DNA of 64,000 nucleotides from Candidatus Poribacteria bacterium (GTDB lineage Bacteria; Poribacteria; WGA-4E; WGA-3G): NCBI GenBank assembly GCA_965219695.1, contig CBDCOJ010000032.1, positions 517,747 to 581,746 of the forward strand, read 5' to 3'. Shown piece by piece: positions 58,222 to 64,000 of this stretch (position 1 is its first letter; each line of letters starts with the position of its first letter). The notes under the pieces were generated by a model. It saw only the letters and a program-made list of their open reading frames with translations, ran no database searches and was not told where the DNA came from. The position numbers and the translations under genes were made by a program.

Positions 58222-60498
58222 ATGGCATCTGAAACCCTTAAAAACCTGCCTTTTTTACAGATGTCATCGGATATGTTTGGATATATCCATCTTGACGGTA
58301 AACTTTTCCCACTCAATTCTGCATGGGAGCAAATCCTCGGTTTCACTTGCGCAGAACTCCAAGCGCGGCAGTGGATGGAACTTGTCCATCCTGACGACCA
58401 ACAATCCACGTCAACAGAACTCACGAAACTAAAAACCGAAGGCTGCAATACCATCTCTTTTGAAAATCGCTTTATGTGTAGTGATGGAGACTACAAAAGG
58501 CTTTTCTGGACTGTACAGCCAGATACAGATCATTCTCGCTATTGCGCTGTCGCTCGGGATATCACGAGGCAAAAGCGAATTGAGGGAAAACTTCGTGAAA
58601 ATGAAACAAGATTTAAGCAATTAGCACAAACCCATGCCCAAGAAAGTGATTTTCTACACACCCTCATGGATAATGCCCCTGACCATATCTACTTTAAGGA
58701 TATTGAGAGTAAATTTATACGCATTAATCGGTCCCTCGCAAATCGATTCGGTCTCAAAAATCCTGCAGATGCCGTAGGCAAAAGCGACTTTGATTTTTTT
58801 ACGCGCGAACATGCACAAGAAGCATATCAAGATGAACGAACGGTGATTGACACAGGAAAACCGATTGAGGGAAAACGGGAGAAAGAAACTTGGCCAGGTG
58901 GACAAGATACTTGGGTATCTACTACAAAAGTACCTATTCGAGATAGAGGTGGACGTATCAAGGGAACATGCGGTATTTCTCGAGACATCACAGAGTATCA
59001 TCGGGCAGATCGAGCCCTTCGAGATTCTGAGGCAAAATGGCGGTCCTTGGTTGAAAGTGCCCCTGATATTATAGTAACACTTGACCTTGACTATCAATTG
59101 CAGTTTATCAATAGAGTTCCAACAGGTGTTGACCTCACAATAGAAGATATTGTTGGGGAAAGTGTGTTTGATTTTCTGACCGATGAGCATCATGATGGAT
59201 TTCGGAAGGCATGCCAACAGGTTATTGAAACTGGTGAAGTTGCCGGATATGAAATTCAGGGAAGAATCAGCCAAAATTGGTATGCGTCATGGATTGCTCC
59301 CATTAAACGCGACGATAAACTTGTTGGGTTCATTATGACTTCAACAAATATTACAGACCGGAAACAAGCCGAAACAGAATTGCAAGAAAGTGAACAACGT
59401 TTTCGTCGAGCAGTGCTAAACGCTCCCTTGCCGATTATGATCCATGCCGAGAATGGTGAGGTAATTCTCATCAGTCGGGCATGGACAGAACTTACAGGTT
59501 ATACTGCTGAAGAGATGACAACTGTTTCTAAATGGTTAGAACAAGCAAACAGCAAAATGAGTGATGAGATTCAGGAATATCTCGTGCAAATGAAGCAGAA
59601 GAAGGAACGGAGCGCGCCAGGACAATATGAAATTATGACGAAGGCAGGTAAAAAACAGATATGGGAATTTAGTTCGTCCCTACTTGGAGTACAGCCTGAT
59701 GGAAAACGCACCATCATCAGCATGGCACTTAACAATACTGATCGCATAAAAGCGCAACAAGCAATGCAAAGTGCAAAAGAAACTGCTGAATATGCAAGCA
59801 GAGCCAAAAGCGATTTTCTTGCCAACATGAGCCATGAATTGCGAACACCTCTGAATGCTATTATAGGGTTCGCTGAAATCCTCAGAGATGAACTTGTTGG
59901 TCCCGTTAACGATGAGCAGAAGGAATGTGTCAACGATATTCGCATGAGTGGACAACATCTCCTTGAAATGATTAACGATATTTTGGATCTTTCAAAGATT
60001 GAAGCAGGAAAGATGTTCTTACAACTTGAAGAATTTGCAATCGTTGATGCGGTTGAGGAAGTTAACGCAATCATCAAAGCACTTGCTCTCAAGAAGAACA
60101 TTGAACTTACATTGGAGTGCCAGCAAAATGCAACGATTCACGCTGATCGTGTCAAAGTGAAGCAGATATTTTACAATTTGCTTTCAAACGCTGTCAAGTT
60201 CACGCCAGAAGGCGGCGAAGTAACAACACACTTGGAAGTTACGCCTACTGATCTACAAGTTAAAGTTATAGATACTGGAATAGGAATTGCCGAAGAAGAT
60301 CGAATGAAACTTTTTGCACCTTTCACACAAATTGACACTTCCAAGTCAAGACGATATGGTGGAACTGGACTCGGTCTCGCTTTGACACAACGCTTGATTG
60401 AGCTGCATGGTGGGCAAATCCATGTAACAAGCGAAGAGGGAAAAGGTAGCACTTTTTCCTTTAATATTCCTACAGACCAACCTGATGTAAGTACATAA
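58222..60498 (+). CDS. multi-PAS sensor histidine kinase (cytoplasmic)
   Basis: At least four PAS/PAC modules are followed by HisKA (SHELRTPLNAI) and HATPase_c (DTGIGI, GGTGLGLAL). No TM helix or receiver domain. Confidence 0.85.
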   Translation: MASETLKNLPFLQMSSDMFGYIHLDGKLFPLNSAWEQILGFTCAELQARQWMELVHPDDQQSTSTELTKLKTEGCNTISFENRFMCSDGDYKRLFWTVQPDTDHSRYCAVARDITRQKRIEGKLRENETRFKQLAQTHAQESDFLHTLMDNAPDHIYFKDIESKFIRINRSLANRFGLKNPADAVGKSDFDFFTREHAQEAYQDERTVIDTGKPIEGKREKETWPGGQDTWVSTTKVPIRDRGGRIKGTCGISRDITEYHRADRALRDSEAKWRSLVESAPDIIVTLDLDYQLQFINRVPTGVDLTIEDIVGESVFDFLTDEHHDGFRKACQQVIETGEVAGYEIQGRISQNWYASWIAPIKRDDKLVGFIMTSTNITDRKQAETELQESEQRFRRAVLNAPLPIMIHAENGEVILISRAWTELTGYTAEEMTTVSKWLEQANSKMSDEIQEYLVQMKQKKERSAPGQYEIMTKAGKKQIWEFSSSLLGVQPDGKRTIISMALNNTDRIKAQQAMQSAKETAEYASRAKSDFLANMSHELRTPLNAIIGFAEILRDELVGPVNDEQKECVNDIRMSGQHLLEMINDILDLSKIEAGKMFLQLEEFAIVDAVEEVNAIIKALALKKNIELTLECQQNATIHADRVKVKQIFYNLLSNAVKFTPEGGEVTTHLEVTPTDLQVKVIDTGIGIAEEDRMKLFAPFTQIDTSKSRRYGGTGLGLALTQRLIELHGGQIHVTSEEGKGSTFSFNIPTDQPDVST

Positions 60499-60730
60499 GT
60501 ATATAGTAAATTATGTAAATAAGTTCACAGTTCAGGTGTAAAGTTAATTGTAGAATCCACTATAATATACCAACACCTCAGATAGCACAAAAACCAATTG
60601 ATAAATTTCGATCTAAATTACTTCTTTGTCAATATCCCTTACTCTACAATATATAATTGCTAATGGTGATTTTCTATTGATCTGATCTCTGAATGAAATG
60701 TGTCTTCGTTAATCCCAAAGCTGTTCTGTC

Positions 60731-61147
60731 ATGTTCTTCGGCATAGGAGCAATTGTGTTGGCTACAGAAAATCCGCAACCGATTTTGGTCATAGAAGACC
60801 ACGCGTTAAATCGAAAAGTTGCCCGCATTGTTCTACAATCTGAAGGTTATGAGGTCATTGAAGCGATTGACGCAGCAGAGGCATTAGCGTGTTTAGAAAA
60901 AGTTTTCCCCGCACTCATCCTAATGGATATTGCACTACCGGGACAGAGTGGCGAGGAACTAACCCGACAAATCAAAGCTAATCCTGATTTGTCGAACATA
61001 CCGATTATTGCATTAACCGCCGCAGCAATGTCCGGGGACCGTGAAAGACTCCTTAGAGCAGGATGTGATGATTACCTCAGCAAGCCAATTGATACCCAAT
61101 TACTTTTAGAACGCGTAGCACACCATCTCAAAGGAAATCCAACATGA
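60731..61147 (+). CDS. single-domain response regulator (CheY-like receiver)
   Basis: D-D-K receiver motifs (ILVIEDH, ILMDIALPG, K in LSKP). The start may instead be GTG 60755, which follows an aggag RBS. Confidence 0.8.
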   Translation: MFFGIGAIVLATENPQPILVIEDHALNRKVARIVLQSEGYEVIEAIDAAEALACLEKVFPALILMDIALPGQSGEELTRQIKANPDLSNIPIIALTAAAMSGDRERLLRAGCDDYLSKPIDTQLLLERVAHHLKGNPT

Positions 61148-62304
61148 ACACGGAAGGATCAGCAAGAATTCTTGTTGTTGATGATGAACCGCGCAATGTC
61201 AAAATTCTTCAGATCCAGCTGCAGGCACGCGGTTACGCTGTTCTCACTGCTGGTGACGGTGCCGAGGCTTTAGAAGTTGTCAGGCATGAAACACCTGATC
61301 TGATCTTGTTAGATATTAATATGCCAAAAGTAGACGGATATGAAGTTTTAGCAAAGGTCCGGGCAGATGAGACGACAGAATTTATCCCTATCATCATGAT
61401 AACAGCCCTGCGCGATACAGAAGAAAACCGAATTAAGGCGGTTGAAGCTGGAGCAGACGACTTTATAGAAAAGCCTTTCAATAGTTTTGAAGTGTTAGCT
61501 CGGATTAAATCACTCTTACGCATTAAGCATTATCACGATACCCTTGAGCAATACAACGCGCGCTTAGAGACAGAACTGCAAATGGCTCGGAGTGTTCAAG
61601 AAATAATAATTCCTCCGAACGGTTCTCAAGATTTAGGAGGATTCCGCACAGCCTCATACTGTGCTCCTGCAACCGCAGTCGGTGGAGATTTTTTTGATTT
61701 ATGGGAGATTGATGAAAATCGGATAGGTGTCTTAATTTCTGATGTGATGGGGCACGGGGCATCTGCTGCCCTTGTTACTGTCTTTATCAAAACGGTTTTA
61801 ACAGAACATCGGGAACATATAGATGATAACCCTGCACAACTTCTACACGTACTCAACGAACGTTTTAACGATATAATTAGTTCCCGTCTATTTATGTTTG
61901 CCACTGCATTCTGTGGCATCTTTGATCTGGGAAAAAAACAACTCGTCTGTGCAAATGCCGGACATCCATTTCCGTTTTTGCAACATAGGTCACAACTCAA
62001 ATGTGAAGCGATTACCGATAAACATACCGGAAACGGTTTGGGTATTCGCAGAGAATCTGTATACGAAAATTGCTATTATCCATTTGATTCCGAAAGCAGA
62101 GTCTTTCTCTATACAGATGGTGTCTATGAAGTCAAAAATCCACAAGGTGAAGAATTTTCTGTAGAACGACTCCAAAACGTGGTGGCAAATTGTGACGAAG
62201 AATCACCTGCGCGGCTTATCCAGTGTGTTTCTGATACTATCTCGGAATTTACAGATGCTCGTCCTAATGAGGATGACTTAACACTTGTTGCGATTCAGGG
62301 TTAA
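61144..62304 (+). CDS. response regulator receiver fused to PP2C/SpoIIE-type serine phosphatase (RsbU-like)
   Basis: Receiver domain (ILVVDDEP...LLDINMPKVDG), a helical linker and the PP2C motifs GGDFFD and DVMGHG. Translationally coupled to the upstream response regulator (atga). Confidence 0.85.
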   Translation: MNTEGSARILVVDDEPRNVKILQIQLQARGYAVLTAGDGAEALEVVRHETPDLILLDINMPKVDGYEVLAKVRADETTEFIPIIMITALRDTEENRIKAVEAGADDFIEKPFNSFEVLARIKSLLRIKHYHDTLEQYNARLETELQMARSVQEIIIPPNGSQDLGGFRTASYCAPATAVGGDFFDLWEIDENRIGVLISDVMGHGASAALVTVFIKTVLTEHREHIDDNPAQLLHVLNERFNDIISSRLFMFATAFCGIFDLGKKQLVCANAGHPFPFLQHRSQLKCEAITDKHTGNGLGIRRESVYENCYYPFDSESRVFLYTDGVYEVKNPQGEEFSVERLQNVVANCDEESPARLIQCVSDTISEFTDARPNEDDLTLVAIQG

Positions 62305-62747
62305 CTTTCGTCTGTATTAGCATCTCGATAAAAAATAGCGGTTACATCTGTTCCGCCAGCCGCATTCGCTTCCAATTTATGAATATCAGTGAGACATTTT
62401 ATTAGATACAGACCATGTCCGCCTTCACCCGCAGGAGAGCGCTTCTCTTGAATCTCTGCCAATCTCTCAGGTGTTATCCAATCCTGTGTGTTACTCCCAC
62501 CTTTATCTCGGACGACAATTTCAAGTGTGCGTGTATTCACAGAAATTTGCAATTGAATTCCACTTGATATACACGTGGACCCGTGATAAACTGCGTTGCT
62601 ACAGATTTCGTCAAGGGCAAGCTGAACATCTGCTATCCGCTTCTTGGAAAATCTCAAGGTTTCACATAACTTCCCGATAAACGCACGTACCGATTCAAGG
62701 TAATACACATCGCTCGGCATCTTCAACTCAATATGAGATTTCTCCAT
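62301..62747 (-). CDS. anti-sigma regulatory factor, Ser/Thr kinase (RsbW/SpoIIAB-like, HATPase_c_2)
   Basis: 148-aa GHKL-type protein with N-box ELCSNAVYHG and G-box GHGLYLI. Convergent with the RR-PP2C gene; the two stop codons overlap. Confidence 0.8.
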   Translation of the reverse strand: MEKSHIELKMPSDVYYLESVRAFIGKLCETLRFSKKRIADVQLALDEICSNAVYHGSTCISSGIQLQISVNTRTLEIVVRDKGGSNTQDWITPERLAEIQEKRSPAGEGGHGLYLIKCLTDIHKLEANAAGGTDVTAIFYRDANTDES

Positions 62748-62778
62748 GGGCTAACACCAGTTTTTCTTATGACATTGA

Positions 62779-63132
62779 TTAAAAAGCTGCAATTGCACTC
62801 TTCTCTGATTCATAAATTTCAACAACACTGGAAGCCCCTATAAGATTAAAGGTTCGGGTGAGGGGTGAAGCTAAATTGCATAGTTTGAGGTCACCACCGT
62901 TTTGGCGAAGTCGTTTTGCTATACCCACTAACGTCCCTACTGCGGTACTGTTGATGTGGTTAACTTCACTAAAATTCACTACAACCTTATTCACCTTTTC
63001 CATCAAAAGATCTTCCAGAACTTTCCGCAAATCCGAGGCAGCGTAACTGCTTAGGTCGGTCTTTACATCAATGATTTTGACATCCGCATTCTCCCGAGTG
63101 GTTATTAATTCGGTACCGGTCATAAAAGTCAC
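62779..63132 (-). CDS. STAS-domain anti-sigma-factor antagonist #3 (RsbV-like)
   Basis: 117-aa protein with INSTAVGTLV around the conserved Ser. Lies upstream of the RsbW-like gene on the same strand. Confidence 0.8.
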   Translation of the reverse strand: MTFMTGTELITTRENADVKIIDVKTDLSSYAASDLRKVLEDLLMEKVNKVVVNFSEVNHINSTAVGTLVGIAKRLRQNGGDLKLCNLASPLTRTFNLIGASSVVEIYESEKSAIAAF

Positions 63133-63428
63133 CTTCCGTAAGTTAAAATCGGTATCTCTAATTTTAGTTTAGATTCATAAAAAAATCAAGCAATTTTTGA
63201 ATTTATGTCAAAATCTAAAATACATGGTTAGAAACTTCTAAGCGTTCTTTGTAAGTCCACTGATAATAGTGTCCAGAAATTATAGACTGACTATAACATT
63301 TCAGAAAATACAATTCGCATTTATCAATCTTCCAATGGAAGTGATAGGAAAGTATGATATTTTCGTCAAGGGGCCCCTACCGAAGTAAAGGGGTGTGTAA
63401 AGTTTTGGCTATTACCCCAAATATACTT

Positions 63429-63620
63429 TGTAGGAGGGAACTCCGATTCCCGACAGTTCGCGATTCGGAGATCGCTCCTGCAAGTTTTATCTGTATATTC
63501 TACAAAAACTTTACACACCCAGTAAACAGGGTTATTCAGTTTTAAGAGTTTACCTTTATTGAGGTTTACTAAAAGTTAATATGCAAGGGCGGTAGGTGCG
63601 GTTTCCTAACCGCACCTACC
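63429..63620. repeat. composite dispersed repeat (family C in inverted orientation + family D palindrome ggtaggtgcggtttcctaaccgcacctacc)
   Basis: 63429-63483 is the reverse-orientation counterpart of 26005-26068. 63591-63620 is a perfect 13-bp-stem palindrome. Confidence 0.8.
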
Positions 63621-63828
63621 GTTCTGGGGTATATAGCAGATGTTAAAAATCCGTCCGAAAAACCAAAAACTAAATAACCCTGCCCAGTAAAAGATTATTG
63701 TTGCATTTCTATGTACATTGTGATATACTATTAAGTAACCGATTTGAAAGTGCCAGAAGCACTTCGCAACAAGGAGGAACTGGCGGACTTAACGCTGTTT
63801 TGCGTTTTGAGGAGACCCAGGTATCTTA

Positions 63829-64000
63829 ATGAATAACGAACAGACCCATACAGATGATTCCACCGTTGATGTGGAAGAAGAAAAACAATCAGTTGAAACT
63901 TCAACTGAAGTTACGCACGATGAAGGAAATGAAACGGAAACAGAGGTAGAAAACACTTCTGATAATGCTGAAACAGAACAGACGGAATCTCCAGTTGATG
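63829..64000 (+). CDS. 5' part of a CDS with highly acidic N-terminus (runs off window)
   Basis: ATG 63829 is preceded by gaggag, and the ORF stays open to the window end. The composition is D/E/T-rich. Identity unknown; the acidic N-terminus is compatible with GrpE-like proteins among others. Confidence 0.35.
   Translation, partial: MNNEQTHTDDSTVDVEEEKQSVETSTEVTHDEGNETETEVENTSDNAETEQTESPVD

Noticed and set aside
63354-63545. 63-aa ORF at window end
   Set aside because: It coincides with the family C dispersed repeat and its inverted arms. A repeat-derived open frame rather than a gene.
1-64000. Prophage, integrase, transposase or IS elements
   Set aside because: I found no integrase, transposase, capsid or terminase-like ORFs. 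Mobility signals are limited to short palindromic repeats and the TA pair.

Overview
This 64 kb window is a bacterial chromosomal segment at roughly 43-45% GC. It uses Shine-Dalgarno sites (aaggag/gaggag) and carries no rRNA, tRNA, CRISPR array or prophage. I see nothing that fixes the taxon; it looks like an uncultivated or environmental lineage. Housekeeping genes are interleaved with accessory modules. Recognised housekeeping genes are nfo, obg, proB, proA, lgt, livG/F-like ATPases, dprA, guaA, rplU, rpmA, rng, folE, eda, iolC, iolD, rlmB and radC.

The most unusual locus is at 1.3-5.3 kb. It holds a tandem array of three paralogous predicted lipoproteins with a GCSD lipobox. Each has a conserved N-terminal domain with two cysteines and a conserved C-terminal domain with the motif WIVWIYYP. 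The two are joined by a low-complexity G/N/D/P/T/Q linker of 110-250 aa whose length differs between copies. The linkers are encoded by perfect in-frame tandem DNA repeats of 42, 18 and 30 bp, and a duplication scar lies in the intergenic spacer.

Other notable modules:
- A BrnT-like toxin-antitoxin pair sits between proB and proA.
- Four families of short palindromic dispersed repeats concentrate at 22.9-23.4 kb, next to a decayed AstE/AspA-family pseudogene.
- An adjacent PorX/PorY-like pair encodes a PglZ-domain response regulator and a sensor kinase.
- A tetrahydrobiopterin-type pterin cluster comprises a tandem two-domain eukaryote-like PTPS, FolE and an SDR.
- A 707-aa LRR protein has a perfect 2 x 66 bp tandem repeat and a C-terminal dockerin-like pair.
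- An 896-aa fused tandem CNNM/CorC protein.
- A Hanks-type Ser/Thr kinase with a degenerate glycine loop.
- A partner-switching cluster has three STAS proteins, an RsbW-like kinase, a receiver-PP2C phosphatase, a PAS histidine kinase and Usp, but no sigma factor in the window.
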